Origin: an uncultured Ruminococcus sp. | Lineage (GTDB): Bacteria; Bacillota; Clostridia; Oscillospirales; Acutalibacteraceae | Assembly: GCA_902797655.1 (NCBI GenBank) | Contig: CADBTV010000065.1 | Location: 1 to 58,397 of the forward strand | Length of the DNA stretch: 58,397 nt | Direction: 5' to 3' | The notes under the pieces: generated by a model | Told to the model about the DNA's origin: nothing | The model's input: only the letters and a program-made list of their open reading frames with translations | Databases searched by the model: none | Program-made: the position numbers and the translations under genes | In this document: in pieces, positions 39,180 through 48,553 of the stretch | Position numbering within the stretch: the first letter of the stretch is position 1 | How the letters are laid out: each line of letters starts with the position of its first letter

Positions 39180-39482
39180 TCACTTCTTAGCCTTAGGCAG
39201 CTTTATAACAGGCTCGTCGGGGTTAGGTCTGTAGAGTACAAATTTTGAACCGATAACCTGAACTCCGTCAGCATTGATAGCTTCGCAGATTTGGTCTGCG
39301 GCTTCACGCGGAGTAATCGGAGAGTTTTCGAGACATTTGCCTTTGATCAGCTCTCGCGCAGTAAGCGCGTCGTCTGCCTGCTTGATAATCTGCTCTGTCA
39401 TTCCGCCTTTACCTACGTAAAGGATAGTATCTATGGTGTTAGCGAGTCCTCTGAGGTAGGCTCGTTGCTTACTGGTTAACAT
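39180..39482 (-). CDS. yhbY: YhbY/CRM-domain RNA-binding protein
   Basis: LTSKQRAYLR..A, VGK.G, L.ARELIK, VQVIG...VLYR. Confidence 0.94.
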   Translation of the reverse strand: MLTSKQRAYLRGLANTIDTILYVGKGGMTEQIIKQADDALTARELIKGKCLENSPITPREAADQICEAINADGVQVIGSKFVLYRPNPDEPVIKLPKAKK

Positions 39483-40071
39483 TGTTTTCCTCCAAATACT
39501 TTTTGAGTTCCTTTTGCAGCATACGCAGCGCGTTGCCGCGGTGGCTTACTTTATCCTTTTCCTCTGCGGTAAAGTTACCGAAGCTCTTACCGTCATAAAG
39601 GAAAATCGGGTCGTAACCGAATCCGCCGTCGCCGTCGGGTTCTCTTGCAATCTCGCCAAAGCATTTACCCTCAACCTGGAGCTTGTCACCGTTCGGGAAA
39701 ACGCAGGTTACAGCGGCGGTATAATGCGCTGAGCGGTTGTCGGCGTCTTTGAGCTTTTCAAGGATAAGATTGTTTTTATCCTCGTCAGTCGCTTCTTCTC
39801 CGGCAAAGCGAGCCGAGAATATACCCGGAGCTCCGCCGAGAGCGTCAACACATATTCCGGAATCATCCGCAATTGCAGGCAAACCTGTCTTTTTGCAGGC
39901 AGCGTCTGCTTTAATAAAGGAATTCTCCATAAAAGTCGAGCCGGTTTCTTCGACGTCATCAAGGCTTATGCCCTCTTGCTTCGCGGTTACGGCTTCAATC
40001 CCGAGGGGGTTCAGTATTCTTTTGAGCTCAACGAGCTTATCGGGGTTATTAGTAGCTATTATAAACTTCAT
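39469..40071 (-). CDS. rdgB: Non-canonical purine NTP pyrophosphatase (RdgB/HAM1)
   Basis: ATNN..K, ETG.TF.EN..KA, ADDSG, PGIFSAR, GFGYDPIF, SHRG.A. Confidence 0.95.
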   Translation of the reverse strand: MKFIIATNNPDKLVELKRILNPLGIEAVTAKQEGISLDDVEETGSTFMENSFIKADAACKKTGLPAIADDSGICVDALGGAPGIFSARFAGEEATDEDKNNLILEKLKDADNRSAHYTAAVTCVFPNGDKLQVEGKCFGEIAREPDGDGGFGYDPIFLYDGKSFGNFTAEEKDKVSHRGNALRMLQKELKKYLEENNVNQ

Positions 40072-40991
40072 TACTTGTCCTCGCTGAAATCAAACAGCGC
40101 CTTTGAGAACGCGTCCGGGTCAAACGGCTGGAGGTCGTCAATCTGCTCACCGACTCCAATGAACTTCACAGGAACATCGAGAGAGTTCTTGATTGCGAGA
40201 ACAATTCCGCCCTTTGCGGTGCCGTCAAGCTTAGTGAGTACAATACCGGTTATTCCGGTAGCTTCCTTAAAGTGCTCTACCTGAGATACGGCGTTTTGAC
40301 CTGTTGTAGCGTCGAGCACAAGCAGGATTTCTTTGTCAGCGTCCGGCAGTTCTCTGTCAATGATTCTATTGATTTTTGCAAGCTCATCCATAAGATGCTT
40401 TTTGTTGTGAAGTCTGCCGGCTGTATCGGCAATAATAACATCCGCTCCTCTTGACTTTGCGGCAGAAATAGAGTCAAACACTACAGCCGCAGGGTCGCTG
40501 CCTTCCTTCTGCTTGATAATGTCGCAGCCGCTTCTATCTGCCCAAACCTGGAGCTGCTCGATAGCTGCTGCTCTGAAAGTATCAGCCGCGGCAAGCAGAA
40601 CCTTTTTGCCGTCATTTCTGAATCTGTTAGCCATTTTGCCGATAGTTGTGGTTTTGCCTACGCCGTTTACGCCGATAACGAGTACGATAGAGGGCTTTGT
40701 GTTAAGGTTAAGCTCCTGACCGCCTCTGAGCATATCGCTGACAACCTCCTCGAGCAAAATGTGAATCTGCTCCGGATCGGTAGTACCGGTTTCTTTAACG
40801 CGCTTTTTGACTCTTTCACAAATATCCTGGGCAGTCGCAACACCGACATCACCCATTACGAGAAGCTCCTCGAGTTCTTCAAAGAGCTCGTCATCAATTT
40901 TGGTAAACGATTTCAGCATCGAGTCAATCTGACCGATAACGCTGTCACGAGTTTTTTTAAGTCCTTCTTTTATCTTACTGAAAAGTCCCAT
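40071..40991 (-). CDS. ftsY: Signal recognition particle receptor FtsY
   Basis: GLKKTR, GVNGVGKTTT, DTFRAAA, DTAGR, TKLDGTAKGG. Confidence 0.98.
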   Translation of the reverse strand: MGLFSKIKEGLKKTRDSVIGQIDSMLKSFTKIDDELFEELEELLVMGDVGVATAQDICERVKKRVKETGTTDPEQIHILLEEVVSDMLRGGQELNLNTKPSIVLVIGVNGVGKTTTIGKMANRFRNDGKKVLLAAADTFRAAAIEQLQVWADRSGCDIIKQKEGSDPAAVVFDSISAAKSRGADVIIADTAGRLHNKKHLMDELAKINRIIDRELPDADKEILLVLDATTGQNAVSQVEHFKEATGITGIVLTKLDGTAKGGIVLAIKNSLDVPVKFIGVGEQIDDLQPFDPDAFSKALFDFSEDK

Positions 40992-41011
40992 AGCTTTCAA
41001 CCTTTCTTGAT

Positions 41012-44000
41012 TTATATTCCGAGTTTTTCGGATACCTCGCTTGCCCGAAGCTCAAGAAGCTTTGAGCAGCCCTCATCCTGCATAGTTACGCCATAGAGCA
41101 CGTCGGCCTCTTCCATAGTTCCGCGTCGGTGAGTAATCAGAATGAACTGGGTTTTGTCGGTTAGGTTACGAACGTACTGAGCAAAACGATCGACGTTTAC
41201 TTCGTCGAGAGCGGCTTCAATCTCATCCATTACGCAGAACGGAGCCGGTCTAACCTTCATAATCGCGAAATATAACGCGATAGCGACAAGCGCTTTTTCT
41301 CCGCCCGAAAGCGCGTCGAGATGAACTACAATCTTGCCCGGAGGATGAACCACAATATCAATTCCGCTGGTGAGTATATCCTCGGGGTCGGTAAGCGAAA
41401 GTGAAGCTGTACCTCCTCCGAAAAGCTCCTTGAACGTAAATGTGAAGTTGCGGTTGATCTCCTCGAAGCTCTTGATGAATTCTTCCTGCATTTGTTTGGT
41501 CAGGTCATTGATAAGTCTCTCGATTTCTTTCTTAGACTTTTCAACGTCCTCAACCTGCGCGCTGATAAATTCATATCTCTCGGAAACTTCCTTATACTCC
41601 TCAATCGCTCCGACGTTGACGTTGCCCAGTGAGCGAATTTTGGATTTAAGCTCATTGAGCCTTTGTCTGGCGTTGGTGAGGTTTTCAATTTCAACGGCAT
41701 TTTCCTCAGCCTCTTTTTTGGTGAGCTGATACTCCTCCCAAAGCTTCGAGATGATAGTATCGTACTCCTTCTGGAGGTTGATTCTGCGTTCCTCGAGACG
41801 CGCAAGCTCTCTGCCGGCGATTTCTCTTTCTTCGTTTTTCTCTCTTTCGAGAACTCTGAGCTCTGCGGAGCGTTTTTCGAGTTCTGATTTTTTGTTGTTT
41901 ATATTTTCAATTTCAGTATTAAAGTTCTTTATCTTGCTGTTGAGAGAGTCGATGTCCTTTTTAAGAGAAGCGATGCGATTCTCTGTAGCGGCAATCAACT
42001 CGTTGTAGCCTTCAATCTCTTTAAATATAGCCGACTTGCGGTTGTCACGGCTTTCCTCAGTGGATAGAGCAAAGGAAATCTCGGAGTTCAGAGTGTCAAT
42101 ATCTTTTTTTGCGGTGACAATCTCGAGCCTGATGTTTTGAAGCTTTTCGGACATTTCCTCGCGCTGCTCGGTGAGCTTTGAGCGGCTTCCGGTGATTTCC
42201 TCAATCTGAGCTTCATATTCAGAAATTGACCAGTTGATGTCGTCGAGCTTTTCCTTAGCCTTTTTCTCGTCAATCTTAAATTGAGCGATTCTTTCCTTGC
42301 AGCTCCTGACTTCAGCTTCAGCGTCATCAATCGTTTTTTTCTGGTTTTCGAGGTCATTTTCACACGCCTTGGCTTCTGTAAGGATTCTAACCTGCTCCTG
42401 CTGAGCGTTCGACAAATCAGCACGCGCGCCGAGAATCTCGCCCTCGATAGCGGAATAATCGGAAATTGCCTGTTCGAGAAGCTTGTTCGCTTCTTCAGTC
42501 TTTTGTTTGAGCTTATCCGCCTTTGCTTTATTCTTGGCAATCTCTGAAGCTCGGGACAAAAGTCCGGTCTTTTTGCCGAGAGAGCCACCGGTCAGAGAAC
42601 CTCCGGCATTTACAACCTGACCGTCAAGGGTGACTACCTTGAAGCGGTAGGAATGCTTTTTTGCGATAACAGTCGCCGCGTTTAGATCCTCGGCAATAAC
42701 AATTCTTCCGAGCAAGGATTTAAGCACGTTCTTGTACTCGTCCTTACACTCGCACAAATCGGAAGCAATTCCGACAAAGCCGTAGAAATCATCCAGGCCG
42801 TTCTCTTTGAGCTCCTTGGGCTTCATTGTGTTAAGCGGTAAAAATGTAGCTCGTCCGCCGTCGTGTTTTTTTAGGTAAGATATTGCGTTCTTTGCGTCCT
42901 GCTCGGTGGATGTTACAATGTTCTGCATTGCCGCGCCGAGAGCAATTTCAATTGCGACTGTATATTCGGAAGGGACCTTGATGATTCTGGAAACAGGTCC
43001 TCTGATACCGGAAAGTCTGCCGTCCTTGTGGTACTTCATTACGTTTTTGACAGCGTAAGAAAAGCCTTCAAGATTGCGTTCGAGGTTTTCGAGGAATTGC
43101 ACCTTTCTCAAAGCTTCCTGAGTATCAAGCATAAGGGAATCCGCTTGAGCCTTTAAATCATCGCGCTTCTTTTGCCGGGATGACAATTTGAATTCAAGTC
43201 CCTTGATGGAGTTCTGAGCCGATTCAACGGTTGAACTGATTTCATCAATCTGCTTTTTGTAGTTCTCGGACATTTCGAGAGTAGTTTTGTACTGCTCCTG
43301 TCTCTCCGAGTTGCTGCTCAGAATTGCTTCAATCCGGGAAGAAAGCTCGCTCGATGAAGTTACGCTCGTCATTTGAGTAACGCGAGCGTCGGCAGACTGA
43401 GCAGTAAGAGTAGCAAGCTTGGAGCTGAGCTCCTGGATTTTGTCTCCGCTTCGGCTTGAATCAGTGTTGATGACATTAAGCTTGTCCGAGGTTTCGTCGT
43501 ATTGCTCCTGCTTTTCACCAATCAACTTTTCGAGGTCTTTGATCTGCTGTTTTTTATCCTCGATACTGTTAAGCGCATCCTCAGCGTCAGTATCAACCTT
43601 TTTTATCTCATCCTCCAGACGGGAAATATTCTCTTTATTATGCAGAATATCATTTTCCGCTACGGATACAGAGGATTTTTTCGAGCTGATTTCCGCCATA
43701 ACGTCGTTGATCGAGGAACGGATGTCCTCTACCTTTGTGGAAAACTCGGCGTTTCTGACATAGATTTGCTCAGTTTCGGTCTGAATCTCGTCGAGAGTTT
43801 CGCCTGCCTTGGTATGCTGCAAGCGTGAAATTTCAATTTTATCCTCTTCCTGTTTGAGAACCTTGTTGCTGTTGTTGAGAGTATTTACCCAAAGGGCGAT
43901 TTCAATATCCTTCTTTTCGTCGGAATACTCCAAAAATTTCTGAGCCTTTTCCGACTGCTTTTTAAGCGGTCCGACTCTTTCTTCAAGCTCGGTTACAATG

Positions 44001-44578
44001 TCACGAAGTCTGAAAAGATTGTCCTCAGTGTGTTTGAGCTTGCGTTCGGATTCAATTTTCTTGTAACGATAGCGTGAAATTCCTGCGGCTTCTTCGAAGA
44101 TTTCGCGTCTGTCCTCGCTTTTGGAAGCGACGATGCTGTCAATTTTGCCCTGGCCTATCATCGAATATCCGTCGCGTCCGAGACCAGTATCCATAAACAG
44201 CTCGTTAATATCCTTCAAGCGAACCTGAGCGCCGTTTATAAGGTACTCGCTGTCTCCGCTTCGAAAATAACGTCTTGTTACAGCGACGTCGTCTCCGTCA
44301 TACGGAAGAAAGCGGTCGTTGTTGGAGATGTTAAGAGTAACCTCAGCATAACCGAGCGCCTTACGGTCGTCGGTGCCGTTGAATACAACGTCCTCCATTT
44401 TGGAACAGCGCAGACTCTTTGGCGATTGTTCGCCGAGAACCCAGCGGATAGCGTCGCTGATATTACTTTTTCCAGAACCGTTGGGGCCTACAACTGAGGT
44501 CATACCATGGTCAAAGGTCAGCTTTGTTTTATCGGGAAATGTTTTAAAGCCTTGAATTTCAAGTGATTTTAATTGCAT
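41012..44578 (-). CDS. smc: Chromosome segregation protein SMC
   Basis: GPNGSGKSN, coiled coils, hinge GRATFLPL, LSGGE, DEIEAALD; 1188 aa. Confidence 0.98.
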   Translation of the reverse strand: MQLKSLEIQGFKTFPDKTKLTFDHGMTSVVGPNGSGKSNISDAIRWVLGEQSPKSLRCSKMEDVVFNGTDDRKALGYAEVTLNISNNDRFLPYDGDDVAVTRRYFRSGDSEYLINGAQVRLKDINELFMDTGLGRDGYSMIGQGKIDSIVASKSEDRREIFEEAAGISRYRYKKIESERKLKHTEDNLFRLRDIVTELEERVGPLKKQSEKAQKFLEYSDEKKDIEIALWVNTLNNSNKVLKQEEDKIEISRLQHTKAGETLDEIQTETEQIYVRNAEFSTKVEDIRSSINDVMAEISSKKSSVSVAENDILHNKENISRLEDEIKKVDTDAEDALNSIEDKKQQIKDLEKLIGEKQEQYDETSDKLNVINTDSSRSGDKIQELSSKLATLTAQSADARVTQMTSVTSSSELSSRIEAILSSNSERQEQYKTTLEMSENYKKQIDEISSTVESAQNSIKGLEFKLSSRQKKRDDLKAQADSLMLDTQEALRKVQFLENLERNLEGFSYAVKNVMKYHKDGRLSGIRGPVSRIIKVPSEYTVAIEIALGAAMQNIVTSTEQDAKNAISYLKKHDGGRATFLPLNTMKPKELKENGLDDFYGFVGIASDLCECKDEYKNVLKSLLGRIVIAEDLNAATVIAKKHSYRFKVVTLDGQVVNAGGSLTGGSLGKKTGLLSRASEIAKNKAKADKLKQKTEEANKLLEQAISDYSAIEGEILGARADLSNAQQEQVRILTEAKACENDLENQKKTIDDAEAEVRSCKERIAQFKIDEKKAKEKLDDINWSISEYEAQIEEITGSRSKLTEQREEMSEKLQNIRLEIVTAKKDIDTLNSEISFALSTEESRDNRKSAIFKEIEGYNELIAATENRIASLKKDIDSLNSKIKNFNTEIENINNKKSELEKRSAELRVLEREKNEEREIAGRELARLEERRINLQKEYDTIISKLWEEYQLTKKEAEENAVEIENLTNARQRLNELKSKIRSLGNVNVGAIEEYKEVSERYEFISAQVEDVEKSKKEIERLINDLTKQMQEEFIKSFEEINRNFTFTFKELFGGGTASLSLTDPEDILTSGIDIVVHPPGKIVVHLDALSGGEKALVAIALYFAIMKVRPAPFCVMDEIEAALDEVNVDRFAQYVRNLTDKTQFILITHRRGTMEEADVLYGVTMQDEGCSKLLELRASEVSEKLGI

Positions 44579-44582
44579 TATA

Positions 44583-45578
44583 TCACCTATGCCTATGCTC
44601 TTCTACCCTTACTTCATATTTACCGAGAGTATTATCCGGCAAAACCTCGGCGGTATAACCTTTTGCATTAAGCGCGGAAATATTACGCCTTTTCTGCCCT
44701 ATCATTTTAGACACGGAAGAAGGGTTTACGAAAATATTTATATTCTTACAATTTGATAATTGATTATTTACTTTGTCAAAAAGAATTTTGCTCTCGCAAA
44801 GCTCCTTAAATGCCGGGTGATAATTGTCACCGAGACTGTTATTTATTAGTGAGTCGCTGTAGTGCAGACCTACTCTGATAACGTCTATATTGTTTTCATA
44901 AAATATGCTTAGAATTTCAGAACATAACTCTACTGATTCATCAAGCGAATACGATACAAATTCACCGCTCTTGTACAAATCTGCAAGCCGGGTTTGTTTC
45001 ATAATAACAGTGGGATAAACACGCACACAGTCGGGTCTGAGCTTAACAAACTCTTTTGCGGTGTACAAATCAGTCCGGGGGGTTGATTTGTACAAGCCGG
45101 TCATCATCTGCAAGCCTACGCTGAAACCATATAGACGAATCAGCGCGACGGCGTCCTTTACCTGCTTTGCAGTATGACCTCTTTTATTATACAAAAGCAC
45201 TTCATCGGACATAGACTGCGCGCCCAGTTCGATAGTAGTTACTTTATATTTCTTTAAAAGCATTAAAACCTCGTCGTCAATATAATCGGGACGAGTCGAT
45301 ATTCTGATTCCGCGAAATCTGTCGATATAATCCTCGCAGGCTTCAAGCAGAGAGAGCATATACTCCCTGTTGATTGCCGTAAAGCTTCCGCCGAAAAACG
45401 CGATTTCAGCATTCTTGGTGTTATCCTTTAGGTCGCCGATCGCTGTTTCGATTGTAGCTCTTACTTCGTCGGGAGTCGGCTGAGAATTCTCTCCTGTTAT
45501 CTCCCTCTGGTTGCAGAATGTGCATTGATGAGGACATCCGTTATGCGGAATAAAAATTGCTATATTGCTGTGTTTAAT
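44583..45578 (-). CDS. Elp3-like radical SAM protein (no GNAT domain), probable ATT start
   Basis: The frame of the listed 258-aa ORF stays open for 73 more codons upstream: IKHSNIAIFIPHNGCPHQCTFCNQREITG...EIAFFGGSFTAINREY. It contains CxxxCxxC and GGSFT; STRPD, IELG.QS and RGH follow. Confidence 0.85.
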   Translation of the reverse strand: MKHSNIAIFIPHNGCPHQCTFCNQREITGENSQPTPDEVRATIETAIGDLKDNTKNAEIAFFGGSFTAINREYMLSLLEACEDYIDRFRGIRISTRPDYIDDEVLMLLKKYKVTTIELGAQSMSDEVLLYNKRGHTAKQVKDAVALIRLYGFSVGLQMMTGLYKSTPRTDLYTAKEFVKLRPDCVRVYPTVIMKQTRLADLYKSGEFVSYSLDESVELCSEILSIFYENNIDVIRVGLHYSDSLINNSLGDNYHPAFKELCESKILFDKVNNQLSNCKNINIFVNPSSVSKMIGQKRRNISALNAKGYTAEVLPDNTLGKYEVRVEEHRHR

Positions 45579-46251
45579 AGCCCATCAACTCCAGAGCTTC
45601 TCTCGCGGCGTTTTGTTCAGCTTCTTTTTTGCTTCTGCCGCCGCCCTTGCCGATAACATTTGAATTAAGATGAACCTCGAACACAAAATGCTTGTCGTGA
45701 TCGGGTCCGGATTCGGAAACAAGGTGGTACTCAATTCTCTCGCCCGGGTTTTTCTGTACAATTTCCTGCAAGGTTGTTTTGTAGTCCTTAAAAGGCTTCT
45801 TTTGATTACTCTTAATCTCAGGCGTCACAAAACGCAGAATATGCTTGCGCGCAGGTTCAATTCCTCCATCGAGGTAGATTGCGGCAATAACAGCTTCAAA
45901 CGCGTCGGATACTATAGACGGTCTGTCGGCTCCGCCTCCGTTTCTTTCTCCTTTGCTGAGTTTCAGATACGAGCCGAGGTTAATCATCTTGCCGAACTTA
46001 TAGAGAGCTTTTTCGCAAACAAGCACCGAGCGGAGCTTTGTCAGCTCACCCTCGGGAAGCTCGGGACAATTCTCGAATATATAATCGGCAACAACGATGG
46101 ATAATACCGCATCGCCAAGAAACTCCAGTCTTTCGTTGCACTTTACGCCCTTGTCACGATGTTCATTGGCGTATGACGAATGAGTCAGAGCTTCATCCAA
46201 AAGTTTTTTGTTTTTAAATCTATATTCAATTACATTCTCAAAATCCTTCAT
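45574..46251 (-). CDS. rnc: Ribonuclease III
   Basis: ALTHSSY, NERLEFLGDAVL, DAFEA...AIYLD.G, dsRBD (DYKT.LQE, GPDH.K.F, SKKEAEQ.AA). Confidence 0.98.
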   Translation of the reverse strand: MKDFENVIEYRFKNKKLLDEALTHSSYANEHRDKGVKCNERLEFLGDAVLSIVVADYIFENCPELPEGELTKLRSVLVCEKALYKFGKMINLGSYLKLSKGERNGGGADRPSIVSDAFEAVIAAIYLDGGIEPARKHILRFVTPEIKSNQKKPFKDYKTTLQEIVQKNPGERIEYHLVSESGPDHDKHFVFEVHLNSNVIGKGGGRSKKEAEQNAAREALELMGY

Positions 46252-46253
46252 CT

Positions 46254-47240
46254 TTACTTAACCGCCTTTGAGATTTCTTCAATAACGTTTCCTTCTACGT
46301 AATCCTTTGTTAATCTTATTGCGTTTTTAAATGTCTTTGCTTTGGCGCTGCCGTGAGCCTTGAAAACAGGCTTTGAGGTTCCCATAATCGGCGCGCCGCC
46401 GTATTCGTTATAATCAAATTCCTTTATCATCTTTTTGAGGTCGGACATAACGAGCCCTGCGGCAAGCTTGCCCTTTGCGTTCTTGGTGAAAAGCTCTTTT
46501 ATCTTTCCCATAATAGCCTTTGCGGTACCCTCGTAGGTTTTGAGGATATGATTGCCGACGAGTCCGTCACAGACCACTACGTCACAAACGCCGTCCGGCA
46601 GGTCTCTGCCCTCGACATTTCCGATAAAGTTAATATCCGCTTTTTCCAAAAGCTCGTATGTTTTTTGCAGAGCGTCGGTTCCTTTATGCTTTTCAGCGCC
46701 TACATTCGCAAGCCCGACTCTTGGGTTGAACACGTGCATAACCTTTTCCATATAAGCAGAACCCATCAAAGCGTACTGCAAGAGCATTTCAGGTTTCGCT
46801 TCAAGGTTAGCTCCCGCGTCAAGCAGCATAAAGCATCCGCCCTTGAAATGCGGAAGAATCGGGGCAAAGCCGGGACGCTTTATACCCTTGATACGTTTCG
46901 CAATCAGGGTTCCGCCAACGCAGATTGCGCCGCTGTTGCCTGCGCTTACAAAAGCTTCTCCCTTGTCCTCGGAGAGCAGCTTCAGCGCTACCGCCATGGA
47001 GCTGTCGGGTTTCTTTTTGAGTACGGAATTAGCGTCGTCGTCAGTCGCTATTACATCCGGAGCGTGGACAATTTCCACTCCGGTTAAGTCAAGCTGATTT
47101 TCCTCGGCGCAAGCCTTGATTATAGCTTCATCGCCTACGAGAATAATGTCAACGTTATATTCATTTTTAGCGTCAAGACTTCCTTTGATAATTTCAACAG
47201 GAGCGTTGTCGCCTCCCATAGCGTCTACTATAATCTTCAT
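46254..47240 (-). CDS. plsX: Phosphate acyltransferase PlsX
   Basis: VDAMGGDNAP, SAGNSGA, LDAGAN, GNVEG, VVCDG..GN..LK..EG, YGGA, KAHGS. Confidence 0.96.
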   Translation of the reverse strand: MKIIVDAMGGDNAPVEIIKGSLDAKNEYNVDIILVGDEAIIKACAEENQLDLTGVEIVHAPDVIATDDDANSVLKKKPDSSMAVALKLLSEDKGEAFVSAGNSGAICVGGTLIAKRIKGIKRPGFAPILPHFKGGCFMLLDAGANLEAKPEMLLQYALMGSAYMEKVMHVFNPRVGLANVGAEKHKGTDALQKTYELLEKADINFIGNVEGRDLPDGVCDVVVCDGLVGNHILKTYEGTAKAIMGKIKELFTKNAKGKLAAGLVMSDLKKMIKEFDYNEYGGAPIMGTSKPVFKAHGSAKAKTFKNAIRLTKDYVEGNVIEEISKAVK

Positions 47241-48553
47241 ATATATTCCACGCTTTCTATGTAAGAATCTAAATCACGCAGAGAACGGTCGGCGTAAGCC
47301 TGTCCGCGTTCTCGTTTGTCACGGGGTCTGTTTTCAAGCTCGGGAAGTATTCCGAAATTCGCGCCCATCGGCTGGAAGTCCTTTACGCTGTCGTCGGAAA
47401 CGTATCTGCTGAGGCATCCAATCATTGTCGTATCCGGCAACAATACCGAAGGATTGCCATTTACTCTGCCTGCCGCGTTTATTCCGGCTATAATACCGGA
47501 GGACGCACTTTCCATATACCCTTCAACGCCGGTAATCTGACCGGCGAAGAAGATGTTTTTGTCAGCTTTTGTGCTGAAATCACTGTTCAATACCTTTGGC
47601 GAATTAAGAAATGTGTTGCGGTGCATTACGCCGAACCGAACAAACTCGGCATTTTTCAATGCAGGAATCAAGCCGAACACACGCTTTTGTTCGGGGAATT
47701 TTAAGTTGGTTTGAAATCCGACGAGGTTATACATTGATCCGGCAGAGTTCTCTTTTCTGAGCTGGAGCACAGCCCAGGGTCTGTGTCCTGTCCTCGGGTC
47801 AGTAAGACCTACAGGCTTCATCGGGCCAAAACGAATTGTATCGTGACCACGCTGAGCCATAACCTCAATTGGCATACAACCCTCGTAAACCTTGGGGTCG
47901 CGAACATCAAAGGAATGCACCGGGGCTCTCTCAGCGTTTACAAGCGCGTCATAGAAAACCTCGTATTCATCCTTATTCATGGGACAATTAAGATAATCAG
48001 AGCCGTCGCCTTTTCCGTATCTTGACTCAAAAAAAGCACAATTCATATCTATACTTTCGAGAGTTACAATCGGAGCCGCGGCGTCAAAGAACGACAGTCC
48101 TCCGCCGAAGCGGCTGTATATCGTCTTTGCAAAAGAATCTGAAGTCAGCGGACCGGTCGCGATAACAGTTATACCGTCAGGTATTTCGGTAACTTCTTCA
48201 CTGATTATATTTATATTTTTATTGTTCTTTATTTCTGATGTGACTGTATCAGAAAAAATATTCCTGTCAACAGCCAACGCTCCGCCTGCCGGTACGCGGG
48301 CTTTATCTGCGGCACGAAGAAGAATTGAGTCAAAACGCCGCATTTCTTCTTTTAATAGCCCTGCGGCAGAATTCACACGATCTGCTTTAAGCGAATTGGA
48401 ACACACAAGCTCCGCGAAAGAATCCTTATGATGCGCAGGGCTTTTTTTATTCGGCTTCATCTCGTAGAGATCAACCTGTATTCCGCGCTTTGCGATTTGA
48501 TGCGCGGCTTCGCATCCGGCAAGTCCGGCGCCTATAACATTAACGCGCATCAT
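47237..48553 (-). CDS. trmFO: tRNA (uracil-54) methyltransferase TrmFO (Gid)
   Basis: GAGLAGCEAA, ELVCSNS, VPAGGALAVDR, FFDAAAP, GFQTNL, GVMHRN, AGQITGVEGY. Confidence 0.97.
   Translation of the reverse strand: MMRVNVIGAGLAGCEAAHQIAKRGIQVDLYEMKPNKKSPAHHKDSFAELVCSNSLKADRVNSAAGLLKEEMRRFDSILLRAADKARVPAGGALAVDRNIFSDTVTSEIKNNKNINIISEEVTEIPDGITVIATGPLTSDSFAKTIYSRFGGGLSFFDAAAPIVTLESIDMNCAFFESRYGKGDGSDYLNCPMNKDEYEVFYDALVNAERAPVHSFDVRDPKVYEGCMPIEVMAQRGHDTIRFGPMKPVGLTDPRTGHRPWAVLQLRKENSAGSMYNLVGFQTNLKFPEQKRVFGLIPALKNAEFVRFGVMHRNTFLNSPKVLNSDFSTKADKNIFFAGQITGVEGYMESASSGIIAGINAAGRVNGNPSVLLPDTTMIGCLSRYVSDDSVKDFQPMGANFGILPELENRPRDKRERGQAYADRSLRDLDSYIESVEYI

Noticed and set aside
44583-45578. Radical SAM gene as a pseudogene or frameshift
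   Set aside because: The frame is continuous from ATT 45578 to the stop with all motifs intact; only the start codon is atypical.
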